A DNA stretch of 64,000 nt from Thermoproteota archaeon. Lineage in GTDB: Archaea > Asgardarchaeota > Njordarchaeia > Njordarchaeales > Panguiarchaeaceae. Positions within the stretch are counted from its first letter, which is position 1; every line of letters starts with the position of its first letter. Made by a program: the position numbers and the translations under genes. Positions 10,285 to 20,916 of this stretch are shown here, one piece after another. The DNA lies in the NCBI GenBank assembly GCA_024720975.1, contig JANJXX010000004.1:1-64000 (forward strand). Direction: 5' to 3'. The notes under the pieces were generated by a model. The model was not told the DNA's origin. It was given only the letters and a program-made list of their open reading frames with translations, and made no database searches.

Positions 10285-11235
10285 ATGATGATACTTTATT
10301 TTAAGGATCATATTCTTCACGATCTTCCATCACACGTAGAAAATTCATCTCGAATAGAAAGTATAAAGAATGAACTAGAAGGCATACCTGGCTTCACCGT
10401 TACCGAGCCCGAATTCAATGAGAAGATAATCACTACTGTCCATTCCACTGAATACGTTAAGAGTGTTAAGGAGCTCAGCAATACGACCAGGGGCGTCATT
10501 TTCTTAGATCCCGATACATATCTAGTGAGTGGTACATATCGCGCGGCAGTCCTGGGTGTTAATCTTCTGGTAAGAGCATATGAACTCTCTAATAAACATG
10601 TCTTTGCTCTCACTAGACCACCAGGACATCATGCCGAGAGGGGTAAACCTGGGGGTTTCTGTATATTCAACAATGTTGCCATACTTGCTAGAATTGCTGT
10701 TGATGATGGTTTAAACGTCACTATACTGGATTTTGATTATCATCATTGTAATGGAACTCAGGCTCTATTGCCAGAGAAGTGTACTCTGATCTCGATACAT
10801 AGATATGGCGTTTATCCAGGGACTGGGCGATATGATGAGAGGGATAACAATTGTGTGTATAATATCCCTCTATACTTCAGGCTTGTTAATGACACAGAAT
10901 ACTTTTATATCTTCGAGAAGATCCTATATCCAGTGATACAGGATAAAAATCCTGACCTTATACTGGTGTCAATGGGCTTCGATTGTCAGAAGGACGATCT
11001 CCTCGGAGACTGGGCACTGGAAAGAGTTTGGAGAGCAATATTTAGGGAGCTCAGAGACTATAGGATTATACTAGCGCTAGAGGGCGGATATAATCCAAGG
11101 GGAATTCTGAATGGAATTATAGAGATTCGAAGGGGTCTAGAGGGAGAAAATGTTCAACTCAATGATCCAGTGAGGAAGGAATTTATCAGTTATGTCGATA
11201 AGATAGTCTCCTACTTTGGTCTGCGTAATATTTAA
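10285..11235 (+). CDS. Histone deacetylase family (HDAC/AcuC-like) amidohydrolase
   Basis: RPPGHHA, GGFCIFNN, DFDYHHCNG, GFD, LEGGY. Confidence 0.92.
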   Translation: MMILYFKDHILHDLPSHVENSSRIESIKNELEGIPGFTVTEPEFNEKIITTVHSTEYVKSVKELSNTTRGVIFLDPDTYLVSGTYRAAVLGVNLLVRAYELSNKHVFALTRPPGHHAERGKPGGFCIFNNVAILARIAVDDGLNVTILDFDYHHCNGTQALLPEKCTLISIHRYGVYPGTGRYDERDNNCVYNIPLYFRLVNDTEYFYIFEKILYPVIQDKNPDLILVSMGFDCQKDDLLGDWALERVWRAIFRELRDYRIILALEGGYNPRGILNGIIEIRRGLEGENVQLNDPVRKEFISYVDKIVSYFGLRNI

Positions 11236-11269
11236 TACACAATTGAAGAATGCATTAGGGGACGCTTAG

Positions 11270-12529
11270 ATGGCAAGACCATTTGAGAGATTAACTAGAC
11301 TTAAGGACGCTATTGAGAGGCTCCTGGCGATATTAGAGCCTGTTAAGGAAGTAGAAAGGATCCCGATTAGGGATTCTTTAGGACGCGTATTGGCTGCTGA
11401 TATTATAGCCAATGTAGATATACCACCTTTCGATAGAGCTGCAATGGATGGATACGCTGTTCATGCTGAGGATACGTTTGGTGCTAATCCTGAAAATCCT
11501 AAGATTTTTAGTGTGATTGGCGTATCCGAGATAGGAAGGCCATTCAAAGAATTTGTACCGCATGGAAGAGCTGTTTATGTACACACAGGATCCAAGATCC
11601 CTGAAGGAGCCAATGCTGTCGTGCCTATTGAGTATGCTGATGTTCATGGTGATGTAATTCTTGTGAGGAGGGCGTTTGCGCCTGGTGATAACATATCAAA
11701 GAAAGGTGAAGATGTCAGCAAAGGAAGGAAAGTTCTTGAAAAGGGGAGAGTCATAACTCCACCTGATATAGCTCTCATGAAGGCTATAGGACTTAGACAA
11801 GTCGAGGTTTTTCGCAGGCCCAAATTAGCTGTAGTTGCTTGCGGAAATGAGCTGGTTGATGATATTGAGAGATTAGAACCAGGAAAAATACTGGAGTATA
11901 GTCGAGAGATAGTAATTGGTTACGCTAAGAAACTTGGAGCTGAAGTCATAGATCTAGGAATTGTTCCAGATTCTGAAGCTGATATTCTTGATGTAGCAAA
12001 ACTTGTTAGAGGACAAGTAGATGTCCTCGTAACAGTTGGTGGAACAAGCATCGGGGAACATGACTTAATACCGCGCCTGATCAGCAGGCATGGAGAACTG
12101 GCATTTCACGGGGTAGCCATCGAGCCTGGCAAGCCAACATGTGCAGGTAAAATAGGTTCTCTGCCAATACTTGGACTTCCCGGACTGCCAGTTGCAACTT
12201 TCATAGCAACGATAACAATTCTGCAAAGGGCTTTAGAGAGACTAAGTGGAGTCTCAGGAGAATATAGTCCTCGTGTCATGAAAGCAATACTAAACAGGCG
12301 CATATGGTCTAAACCAGGAATAAGAACTTTTGCGAGAGTGAAATTGTTTAGAAGGAACAATACAATTTTTGCAGAACCCATAGCTATCACTGGGTCTGGT
12401 ATACTCTCGTCAATAGTCTTAGGAGATGGCATTGTCATTGTCCCTGAGGACCTTGAAGGAATTGAAGAGGGAACGACAGTCAATGTAATTCTACTGAGGG
12501 ACTTTAATATATTCGAACATTCACTATAG
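11270..12529 (+). CDS. moeA: Molybdopterin molybdenum/tungsten transferase MoeA
   Basis: PPFDRAAMDGYAV, GGTS, PGKP, GLPG. Confidence 0.93.
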   Translation: MARPFERLTRLKDAIERLLAILEPVKEVERIPIRDSLGRVLAADIIANVDIPPFDRAAMDGYAVHAEDTFGANPENPKIFSVIGVSEIGRPFKEFVPHGRAVYVHTGSKIPEGANAVVPIEYADVHGDVILVRRAFAPGDNISKKGEDVSKGRKVLEKGRVITPPDIALMKAIGLRQVEVFRRPKLAVVACGNELVDDIERLEPGKILEYSREIVIGYAKKLGAEVIDLGIVPDSEADILDVAKLVRGQVDVLVTVGGTSIGEHDLIPRLISRHGELAFHGVAIEPGKPTCAGKIGSLPILGLPGLPVATFIATITILQRALERLSGVSGEYSPRVMKAILNRRIWSKPGIRTFARVKLFRRNNTIFAEPIAITGSGILSSIVLGDGIVIVPEDLEGIEEGTTVNVILLRDFNIFEHSL

Positions 12530-12641
12530 GCCTATCAATATAAACCATAACTACTCAATATTATTGTAGGATCTAAGCCATTGATTCAACTTTCAACTTG
12601 TTTGCTTTTACTATCGCATTTTAATGATTATTTAATGATTA

Positions 12642-15092
12642 GTGAGGTCTCCTAAGTTGCGTAAAATAACACCATTCATACTACTAGCATTATTGGTATT
12701 ATCTTCTATGACATATCTTGCGAATTTGCTTCAAATATCCTACAAAAGCGAGGACAAATCACTAGTAAGAGTTTTGATAATACTCAAGGGTGGGAAAAAT
12801 CTTGAGCAAGATATCTACGATGCCATGTCCCGTATATCGGCATCTAAAAGTGAGGAGGAACTAGACACTGCAAGGAGGATACTCTACTTGAGGTTATACA
12901 GCTTTTATGAAGAAGCCATCAGAGGACTTCTAGTCGAGTTAAAATCGTTAGGTGGGCGAGTTATTCACGAGATCCCATCAATAGGCGCCGTAAGTGCTTA
13001 TGTTCCTGCAGATAAACTTGATATTATCAAGAATTATGCGGCAGTCAGCGAAATTATACGGGTTCCAAAAGTCAGGATACTCATGGATATTGCAGCTAAG
13101 ACAATATATGCATATGACTTCTGGAACGCCGGTTGGAATGGATCAAAGTACGATGATTTGTCACCAGGAATAGAAGTAGCCGTTGTCGATACAGGCATCT
13201 CGAAGACAACATACCTAGCAGGAAAAATTGTAGATGAACGCTCGTTTGTAATGGGAGAAACACCACCAGATTTAAATGGTCATGGAACAAAAGTCGCACA
13301 TATTATTGCAAGTACAAGCCCAGTATACAGAGGCATATCCTATGGTGCAAAGTTGATAAATGCCAAGGCATTGAATAAGAATGGGGAGGGTTTTTTAGAT
13401 GATGTGATAGCTGCCATTGAATGGGCCTTAACGCAGGCAGTAGATACTGCAGAGATAATCAATTTGAGCATCGGAACAGCTGAAATCAGCCCAGATGGCT
13501 CCTCTAAAATAACGCGATTCATTGACAAAATTGTATATACCTATAAAGCTCTAGCAGTCATTGCCGTTGGGAATGTCGAGGGGAGCTATACGAGAGTTAA
13601 TGTGCCAGGTGATACATTTAATGGAATAACTGTGGGGGCTATCGATGATAGAAACACAGAGGATCGTTCTGATGATGTTGTCTGGATAAATAGTTGCATG
13701 GGACCAACTGCTGATGGAAGAATAAAGCCTGATGTTATTGCCCCAGGCGTATATATAACAACTTACACTGTGGGTGGAAACCTGGAAAGTGCATCTGGTA
13801 CGAGTTTTGCAACCGCCATAGTGTCGGGGGCAGCTGCACTTATTTATAGCTATATCTCTAGTAGAAATCCCGTAAACAATCTTGCTCTTGCAACGAAAGC
13901 TGTGATCATCGCATCAGCAGACTCATGGGGTGAAGATTATCCATATCGGAGGACCGGGTTTGGATACATAAATTTGAGAAAGACTTTGCAGATGATAGAC
14001 AATGTTATTTTGTTTAATATAAGTTCGGGAAATAAAGTTATGTTCAGCTTTGATGCTGTGAGCTCTGAAAATCTCTCTATATGCTTAGTTTGGCAAAGAG
14101 TTCCCACATCTATATCTGAACTCTCATTCTATGATACTGGAACCTTAAAAGTTAGCATTTTTGATCCTGATGGAGAGCTTGCATATAATCGCACAGAGAC
14201 GATTAATAATGTAATTAAGGATGTATTCAAAGCAACAAAGAATGGATCACACCTTCTTGTAGTAGAGAAGATCTACAGGAGCGGCGAGTCCCTGCTAGAC
14301 AACGTTGCTTTGGTCTCGACGAAACCTCTCAGTAGACCAAAAATTTTGAGCATAGCTGTGCCTTGCTTTGACAAAATCTCCGATGCCGAAATACCTAAGG
14401 TTACTCTTAAAGTAAGAAACAATGCGGATACTGCCGCAAGAAATATCACACTGAGTGTTACTATTACTAACGCTGAGCCAAGCATTGCTAAACTTAATAT
14501 AAGCCAAATTGAGTCTGGAGGGGAAGTGGAAGTTCCTTTAAATATGCGCTTTATCAAGGAGGGTCTCGTAATTATAGATGCTAATGCTAGCTATGAAATT
14601 GACGGTAAAAAACTAAGCATCAACAATAAAACATTCTTCTTGGGTTTTGACGACGATACAATACCTCCAGTAATTAAGCCAATTTATGTTGATGTATCTG
14701 TACTTGGTGACAAGATAACATTTGAGTTTCGCATTCAAGATGAAAGTGGAATCAATGCTGCTAGATTGTATTATAGGATTGATTATCCACTCGACGAGCA
14801 TAGTCTAGATCTCGCCGACGACGTCTTAAATCTAACATATGATCCGAGGAGCGATCTCTGGAAATTGGAAATAAAGACTAAACCTGAGTGGAATGGCAAA
14901 ATGCTATACTATGTTGTGGAGGCTATTGACGCCGATAATGATAGACTTGACGATTCTCTAGTATCATACTATTCTGGCAAGATAACAGTAAGGGTTAAGG
15001 TTGAACTCATAATATTGATGGCACTGCTCGCTATTCTGCTAGCTTATGCTATATTTAGTTTATTCCGATCAAGGAGAAAAGTTCAAATATAG
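12642..15092 (+). CDS. Membrane-anchored S8 subtilisin-like serine protease with propeptide and CARDB-like domain
   Basis: VAVVDTG, NGHGT, AVGN oxyanion, KPDVIAPG, SGTSFAT; N-terminal signal and C-terminal TM. Confidence 0.9.
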   Translation: MRSPKLRKITPFILLALLVLSSMTYLANLLQISYKSEDKSLVRVLIILKGGKNLEQDIYDAMSRISASKSEEELDTARRILYLRLYSFYEEAIRGLLVELKSLGGRVIHEIPSIGAVSAYVPADKLDIIKNYAAVSEIIRVPKVRILMDIAAKTIYAYDFWNAGWNGSKYDDLSPGIEVAVVDTGISKTTYLAGKIVDERSFVMGETPPDLNGHGTKVAHIIASTSPVYRGISYGAKLINAKALNKNGEGFLDDVIAAIEWALTQAVDTAEIINLSIGTAEISPDGSSKITRFIDKIVYTYKALAVIAVGNVEGSYTRVNVPGDTFNGITVGAIDDRNTEDRSDDVVWINSCMGPTADGRIKPDVIAPGVYITTYTVGGNLESASGTSFATAIVSGAAALIYSYISSRNPVNNLALATKAVIIASADSWGEDYPYRRTGFGYINLRKTLQMIDNVILFNISSGNKVMFSFDAVSSENLSICLVWQRVPTSISELSFYDTGTLKVSIFDPDGELAYNRTETINNVIKDVFKATKNGSHLLVVEKIYRSGESLLDNVALVSTKPLSRPKILSIAVPCFDKISDAEIPKVTLKVRNNADTAARNITLSVTITNAEPSIAKLNISQIESGGEVEVPLNMRFIKEGLVIIDANASYEIDGKKLSINNKTFFLGFDDDTIPPVIKPIYVDVSVLGDKITFEFRIQDESGINAARLYYRIDYPLDEHSLDLADDVLNLTYDPRSDLWKLEIKTKPEWNGKMLYYVVEAIDADNDRLDDSLVSYYSGKITVRVKVELIILMALLAILLAYAIFSLFRSRRKVQI

Positions 15093-15094
15093 AA

Positions 15095-16027
15095 TTATCT
15101 CCTCTCAGTAACAGTTCCTGTTTTTTCTTTAGTTGCACCGATTCTAGCACTTATATGTTCTATACCGCTTATTAGTGCCTCCATTCGATCGCGTATATTA
15201 CTCAACATCGCCAAACCTCTTGAGATGCCCCGGACCAGATTACTAACCTCATTAAGAACTTTGATCAATGCTTCCTGGTTTCGATTCATCAGCTCAATTC
15301 CTCTTAGCACCTCCTCCTGTTTCTCGACAATCGCAGTCAGACGGGGACCAAGCTCAAAAGTTTGCGCTCCTAGCTTACCAACAGAAGCTTTAATTTCAGA
15401 TATTTCACTTATCTTGTCTATTAATGAGGTTTTTAAGCCATCTATCTTCCGACTCAATTTGTTGGCTAGTTTATCAGTATCTACACTAGTAATTTTTGTA
15501 TTGAATTCACTGAGACTTTTATCAATATCTTGTTGCTTCTGGAGGATCATAACAAGGTTTTTAGAAATATTGCTTAACTCTGTTCGAAGCCCAGAAATAT
15601 CCTTCCTGAGGCTTGTTAGAAGCTCTTTATTTTCTTCCTTAAGAGTTTTGATCGTTGAGGAGAGTGATTCTAACTTTTTGGAGACTTTCATTTCATAATT
15701 GTAGACTTTCAGACTCATCTCTCGTAGTTCTTTGCAAACGTTAGAAATATCCTCCAAGGATGTTTTTAAATCAGAAATGGTCAGTTGACTTTTTTCCTCT
15801 AATTTCGTAGAAAGCCGCTCTAAAATGCTCCTGGTAAGACTTTGTTCTTTAGTAATATTGGATAAAGTCTCTATGAGAGAGTCACTAATTGTTTTCACAT
15901 AGTCAAGCCTCTCCATTATTGCCCTCAGGTCATCCCTGGTAACTCTCCAGTCCTCTAGTTTGCTGTCAATCAGCATTTCAACATATTTTTGCGCTTTTCT
16001 AAGTCTCTCTTCACTCTCATTGCTCAT
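15095..16027 (-). CDS. Long coiled-coil hypothetical protein
   Basis: Heptad-rich L/I/K/E/S sequence over about 300 aa. ATG 16027 after GGTGA. Confidence 0.7.
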   Translation of the reverse strand: MSNESEERLRKAQKYVEMLIDSKLEDWRVTRDDLRAIMERLDYVKTISDSLIETLSNITKEQSLTRSILERLSTKLEEKSQLTISDLKTSLEDISNVCKELREMSLKVYNYEMKVSKKLESLSSTIKTLKEENKELLTSLRKDISGLRTELSNISKNLVMILQKQQDIDKSLSEFNTKITSVDTDKLANKLSRKIDGLKTSLIDKISEISEIKASVGKLGAQTFELGPRLTAIVEKQEEVLRGIELMNRNQEALIKVLNEVSNLVRGISRGLAMLSNIRDRMEALISGIEHISARIGATKEKTGTVTERR

Positions 16028-16389
16028 AGCATCACCAAAATTAGAATAACACATCATGAACACTTAACTTTTCCTACCTTGTTGGACAAGAACATTAGGA
16101 GACGCCACCATTTAGATTCATATCCTCCATCTGTTAAGCAATCGAGACTACTCGGAGACCCCATTTTCAGACTGCTGCTGAGGATAATCAACTGATTTCA
16201 ACTTTTAAATATTTCTTTTTGAAGTCCTTTCCACGACTACCTCAAAAAATATGCTAGAGAATTTAGGTTGTAAATCTACTACTCTCTGAAGCAAGACGCT
16301 TTAGTCTTACTGAGACAATTTGCAGTAATGCTTAAAACACCATTAATTTTAGTTTTAATTGTGACCGAAGACTCTTTATCGGTGATAAG

Positions 16390-17400
16390 ATGCAAATATA
16401 CGTTGGACCGGCTGGCGTTCCAATATCCTGTCCTAAAAAAGATACAATCAGTGGCATTAAATGCGTATATAATCTGGGCTTAAACCTCATGGAAATACAA
16501 TTCGTACGCGGCGTTAAGATGAGAGAGGACGTGGCAGAACAAATTGCCAAAATATCACAAGAACTGGGCATTAGACTTACAATTCATGCGCCGTACTATA
16601 TTAATCTTGCATCGGATGACTCCAACATTGTCGAGAGATCAATAAAAGAGTGGATTTACGAGTCAGTGAAGTTAGCATCATTAATGGGCGCTAAATGCGT
16701 CGTTTTTCATCCCGCAGCTTATGGAGAAAAATCCCCAGAGGAAACATACCGCATTGTTAGAAATAATATAATGCGTGTTCTCGACTTAACAAGTGATTTT
16801 GAGAATGTCTACCTATGCCCTGAAACAACTGGTAAGGGAGGTCAATTCGGCAGCTTCGAGGAAATAATCAAGTTAGTTGAAGAAATAGATCACTTAAGGC
16901 TGATACCATGTATAGACTTCGCTCACATACATGCAAGAACTGGAGGAACCCTTAAGACCACTGATGAATTCACAGCCATTCTAGATCGTTACTACAAATT
17001 CATATCCAGAAGACCGATAAAAATAATTCATATTCATTTCTCCTGCATTGAATATACGGAGAAGGGAGAAAGGGCGCATCTAGCGTTAGAGGCCCGCGAT
17101 CCAGCATTTGAGAATCTGGCAGAAGCCCTGAAAAATTTCAAATTTGATGAAGTTCAGATAGTTTCTGAGAGCCCAATACTTGAGCAAGATGCACTATTGA
17201 TGCGTAATATTCTAGTAAACATGGGTCTCATGAGGCCAATAGTAATTGAAAAGCCTATCGAGATAGTCAAAAAGGTTATCAAGAAAGTTCCTAGGAAAGC
17301 ACTAAAGGCTAAGAGGGTCAAATTAAAGGGGAAAAGACGGAGGAAGAGTAAAAAATCTGCCAGGAAGAAAAAAGCTAAGGAGGAAACTGGTAGTAAGTAG
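16390..17400 (+). CDS. nfo: Endonuclease IV (AP endonuclease family 2) with Lys/Arg-rich C-terminal tail
   Basis: HAPYYINL, VVFHP, PETTGK, CIDFAHIHAR, HIHFS, ESP. Confidence 0.92.
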   Translation: MQIYVGPAGVPISCPKKDTISGIKCVYNLGLNLMEIQFVRGVKMREDVAEQIAKISQELGIRLTIHAPYYINLASDDSNIVERSIKEWIYESVKLASLMGAKCVVFHPAAYGEKSPEETYRIVRNNIMRVLDLTSDFENVYLCPETTGKGGQFGSFEEIIKLVEEIDHLRLIPCIDFAHIHARTGGTLKTTDEFTAILDRYYKFISRRPIKIIHIHFSCIEYTEKGERAHLALEARDPAFENLAEALKNFKFDEVQIVSESPILEQDALLMRNILVNMGLMRPIVIEKPIEIVKKVIKKVPRKALKAKRVKLKGKRRRKSKKSARKKKAKEETGSK

Positions 17401-17458
17401 AGTTATCAATATAAAAAATTAGTCCTTATGTAGTGAGACCGTCTATGTGGTGAATAAA

Positions 17459-17905
17459 ATGGAGGCTAGTAGAACACATACTAAAGGCTCTGTGAGCTTG
17501 GCTATTGTTGTGTCTGAGTTTAATTATGATATAACCAAAATGATGCTTGAAAAAGCTCTCGATCACGCTAGATTCCTTGATGCCGAGGTAAGATATATTG
17601 CTCACGCTCCAGGCGTGTTTGACATGCCCTTGTTCGTCAAGAAACTATTAGAGAAAAACGATGTTGATGCCGTTGTATGTATAGGTGCGGTTGTAACTGG
17701 AGAAACTAAACACGATGAAGTAATAGCACATCAAACAGCAAGAAAAATCATGGATCTAGCTGTGGAGTATGGTAAACCAGTAACGTTGGGCATTTCAGGT
17801 CCTGGAATGACTAGGGAACAAGCTACTAGGAGAATTGAGGAATACTCAAGAAGAGCTGTAGAAGCTGCGGTTAAGATGGTTAAAAGACTCAGGGAGATTA
17901 AGTGA
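17459..17905 (+). CDS. ribH: 6,7-dimethyl-8-ribityllumazine synthase
   Basis: [30 protein letters not shown]. Confidence 0.93.
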   Translation: MEASRTHTKGSVSLAIVVSEFNYDITKMMLEKALDHARFLDAEVRYIAHAPGVFDMPLFVKKLLEKNDVDAVVCIGAVVTGETKHDEVIAHQTARKIMDLAVEYGKPVTLGISGPGMTREQATRRIEEYSRRAVEAAVKMVKRLREIK

Positions 17906-18201
17906 GCCTAAGTCTTAAAAAGCCCCTTACAGTAAGAGATTTCCAGGAGTTGATATATAAAGCATACTATGAAAGAGATGCCAGAAGGGGCCTATTCAAA
18001 ACGTGGTTGTGGCTTCTAGAAGAAATAGGCGAATTGGCTGCAGCTCTCAGAAAAAGTGATAGAGAGGCCATCGAAGAGGAAATAGCTGACGTTATAGCAT
18101 GGACGGTGTCTATAGCGAACCTCCTAAAAATAGACGTTGAGGAAGCTCTGCTGAAGAAATATGGTATACCTCCAATGAAGCACTTCGATGAAGAAGAATA
18201 A
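17902..18201 (+). CDS. MazG-like nucleotide pyrophosphohydrolase
   Basis: EEIGELA...EEIADV motif. Confidence 0.88.
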   Translation: MSLSLKKPLTVRDFQELIYKAYYERDARRGLFKTWLWLLEEIGELAAALRKSDREAIEEEIADVIAWTVSIANLLKIDVEEALLKKYGIPPMKHFDEEE

Positions 18202-18697
18202 TTGTAAGATGCATAAAATGAAGAAGTTTGTTTGCAAGCGATGCGAGGATTGCTGTATCTTTAAGGAGGAAGAGGAAGCTCCCCTTGTATTTTACTGGGA
18301 AAAGGAAAGATTGGAGGAGCTTGCATTAAAGAGGGGGTCTAGTCTAAGCTTTAAAGAGTATCTGGCAGTCATAGAATCAAACGGCGACAGATTCACCTAC
18401 ATCTACAAGTGGATCATTGATGGAAAATGTGTATTTCTAGAAGGAAACAGATGCACAATACATGAGGAAAAACCAATATCGTGTAAGATGTTTCCGATAA
18501 TAATCGAGGTCCCAGGAAACCGCATGTACCTATCTCTCAGATGTAACTGGGTCAGGGAAAATGCAGAGCAGATAAATCCATCAAACTTTCCACAAATTTT
18601 CGATGAATTCAAGATTGCAGTAAAAGTGATGGGTATGATTACCGAGTTTCTAAAAATAGCAAGTGAGAACGCATGGAAAGTGGAGATTATAAGATAA
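18188..18697 (+). CDS. YkgJ/UPF0153 (CxxCxxCC) Fe-S cluster protein
   Basis: CKRCEDCC, CVFL, CTIHEEKPISCKMFP. Confidence 0.85.
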   Translation: MKKNNCKMHKMKKFVCKRCEDCCIFKEEEEAPLVFYWEKERLEELALKRGSSLSFKEYLAVIESNGDRFTYIYKWIIDGKCVFLEGNRCTIHEEKPISCKMFPIIIEVPGNRMYLSLRCNWVRENAEQINPSNFPQIFDEFKIAVKVMGMITEFLKIASENAWKVEIIR

Positions 18698-18746
18698 AAA
18701 GCCAGATGACCCTTAAAAGTCGTAATATAAAACAGGGACATAATAG

Positions 18747-19559
18747 TTGATTTTAGCTGAGTGGGGAAACCCTTTGGAGGCACAGTCCTTGTTGGGGCGT
18801 CTAACCGAAAAGCTCCAGGGATTCACCATTGAAAAAGTCTTGCGATTCGAAGAGATTTATGACGAACAATTTCACGCACTAAAGTACTTGTACGAGAAGT
18901 TAGGAAACAAAGTGATATTTCTAGGATTGGTTGTTTTAAATGCACTAGTAAGCTACAGACTCAATTGCGTTGCTGAAAGATATTGGTGGGAATTTGCTAG
19001 ATATTTCTCCATGGTCAAGAATATTAGTCTCGAAAATCTTCCAGATTATTTCATAGAATTCTTGAATAAATCAACATGCGGATCAAGACTTAGAGAACAA
19101 AAAATTTTAAGAGTCAAGCGTTCACAGGATGTTATCAGAAGGCGCATTAATCAAATAAACTGGCTCCTAAAAAATCAGAGAACCTTCATGCTGGAACTTT
19201 CTGAAGCTCTCAATACCAAGCCCTCTAGCAAGACTATAGTATTTGCAATTAAAATGTTGAACTACGCCTTGCGAATTATTACTGGACAAAAAATCGTGGC
19301 TCCAATGAGTATAGACATCCCACTTGACTCAAGGATAATTAAAATCTCTAGAGTACTAAAAATCAAAAATCCTTTAGAATTCTGGAGAAGACTCTCACGA
19401 AAGCTCGGAATACCACCACTTCATCTAGACTCACTACTCTGGATAGGGCTCCGCATAGCACCTGACATAGAAAACTTGAGGAAGTTCCTTTCAGATGAAA
19501 AACTCGTCGAATTCTTACTCATTATGAGAGAGATTCATGACTTGATTCAGCACGTCTAA
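18747..19559 (+). CDS. Archaeal 8-oxoguanine N-glycosylase/DNA lyase (AGOG)
   Basis: NALVSYRL, YWWEF, KTIVFAIKM, IPLDSR, IPPLHLDSLLW. Confidence 0.88.
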   Translation: MILAEWGNPLEAQSLLGRLTEKLQGFTIEKVLRFEEIYDEQFHALKYLYEKLGNKVIFLGLVVLNALVSYRLNCVAERYWWEFARYFSMVKNISLENLPDYFIEFLNKSTCGSRLREQKILRVKRSQDVIRRRINQINWLLKNQRTFMLELSEALNTKPSSKTIVFAIKMLNYALRIITGQKIVAPMSIDIPLDSRIIKISRVLKIKNPLEFWRRLSRKLGIPPLHLDSLLWIGLRIAPDIENLRKFLSDEKLVEFLLIMREIHDLIQHV

Positions 19560-20121
19560 TATTAATCTTTATTCTGAGTCCCTCTACATCCTGGCAAAGG
19601 TCTGTTCCTAGCAGATCCTTAAGGAAATTTATGACCTTACCCTTGTCCTTTACCTCCGCCTCCCTACCATCAATTATAATCTGAATACCCTTAGGGCGTT
19701 CATCTTTTATCCAATATGCTCCATCATTTGTGATCTCTTTTTTCCATATCGGTACGCCAGCCTTGATTCTATCCAAAATTTCATCAAGTGCTAAGAGACC
19801 CTCAGTTCTGTGCTTGCTAGCTACACCAATTATCATAGTCTCATCGCCAACTGATAGCTCACCTACTCTATGTTCTACTATCGCATCTATCAGACCATAC
19901 CTAACTACAACATCCTCTACTATTTTTCGCAGAGAGTTTTCCGCCAAGCTCTCTTGTGCCTCATATACGAGTTTATTAACAGTTCTTCCTTTACTCTCCC
20001 CTCGAACAAGACCAATAAACAACACTATAGCACCAATGTTATTACTCCTAGCTTTGAGCTCTCTGACGACCTCTTCAATTTGACTAAGTTCACTTCTTAC
20101 ATTAATTCTCATTCTATCCAC
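19522..20121 (-). CDS. moaE: Molybdopterin synthase catalytic subunit with C-terminal extension
   Basis: GAIVLFIGLVR, HRVGEL, HR, IKAGVPIWKKE. Confidence 0.92.
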   Translation of the reverse strand: MDRMRINVRSELSQIEEVVRELKARSNNIGAIVLFIGLVRGESKGRTVNKLVYEAQESLAENSLRKIVEDVVVRYGLIDAIVEHRVGELSVGDETMIIGVASKHRTEGLLALDEILDRIKAGVPIWKKEITNDGAYWIKDERPKGIQIIIDGREAEVKDKGKVINFLKDLLGTDLCQDVEGLRIKINIRRAESSHESLS

Positions 20122-20407
20122 CTGAGCCCAGTGGTAAAAAGTCGATCACGTCTCCATCACAGAGGCGAATTCTGCTTAAGTCTTGGCTGGGATTCACTAT
20201 TCTATTGTTCAAAGCAATTAAAATACCACTTTTAAGTTTCTGTCTATCATCAAGAAGAGAGTTTTGCTTATCCCTCAAGATTTCAGAAAGACTAGCTAGA
20301 ACATCTGCCAAGAACTCTACATTAGAAAGCGTTAGGTGAGAGAGACCTACCTCTTCCCTCAACCAAGCAAAAAACCTGACCTTCACTTTTGCCAAAACGA
20401 ATCCCAT
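20114..20407 (-). CDS. moaD: MoaD/ThiS-family ubiquitin-like sulfur carrier
   Basis: VKVRFFAWLRE; C-terminal PLGSGG. Confidence 0.85.
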   Translation of the reverse strand: MGFVLAKVKVRFFAWLREEVGLSHLTLSNVEFLADVLASLSEILRDKQNSLLDDRQKLKSGILIALNNRIVNPSQDLSRIRLCDGDVIDFLPLGSGG

Positions 20408-20424
20408 ACCATGATGAAATAACC

Positions 20425-20742
20425 TTATCCTCCACCTCCAGGTGGGAATATCGATATCTCATCTCCATCATTTACGAGGGTATCAAGCCCTTTGGAAAAG
20501 CGTATATTAATACCGTTCACTAATATTAGGAGCGAACTATATTCATTCCAAAGGCTAACCAATTTTTCGGAAACATTTTTACCTAAAGCACCTTGGAGAG
20601 CATTAATCACATCCCTAACCGTAATTGGGTCCGAGAGATTTAATTTTAAATCCACCTCTTTTGATCCAACGAACTCCCGGAGAATCCCAAAGAACCTCAC
20701 TCTTACTCTCAAAGACACTCCCTCTGAGAGGAACGCGTTCAA
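20425..20742 (-). CDS. moaD: MoaD/SAMP-family ubiquitin-like protein
   Basis: VRFFGILRE, ILVNG, C-terminal FPPGGGG. Confidence 0.85.
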   Translation of the reverse strand: MNAFLSEGVSLRVRVRFFGILREFVGSKEVDLKLNLSDPITVRDVINALQGALGKNVSEKLVSLWNEYSSLLILVNGINIRFSKGLDTLVNDGDEISIFPPGGGG

Positions 20743-20916
20743 TTTAAGATCATTCTTATTGCCCTAAATTTCTTATCATTACACGCAAAGACTATTTAAG
20801 AGAATGCATTATTATTAGCTGAATTTCTATAAAAACTCAATTGTATACCCAACTCTTTTCTAAACACTCTGCAAGAGAAATCACGACGGTTTTGGAAAGT
20901 ATGTGCATTTCGCTAT

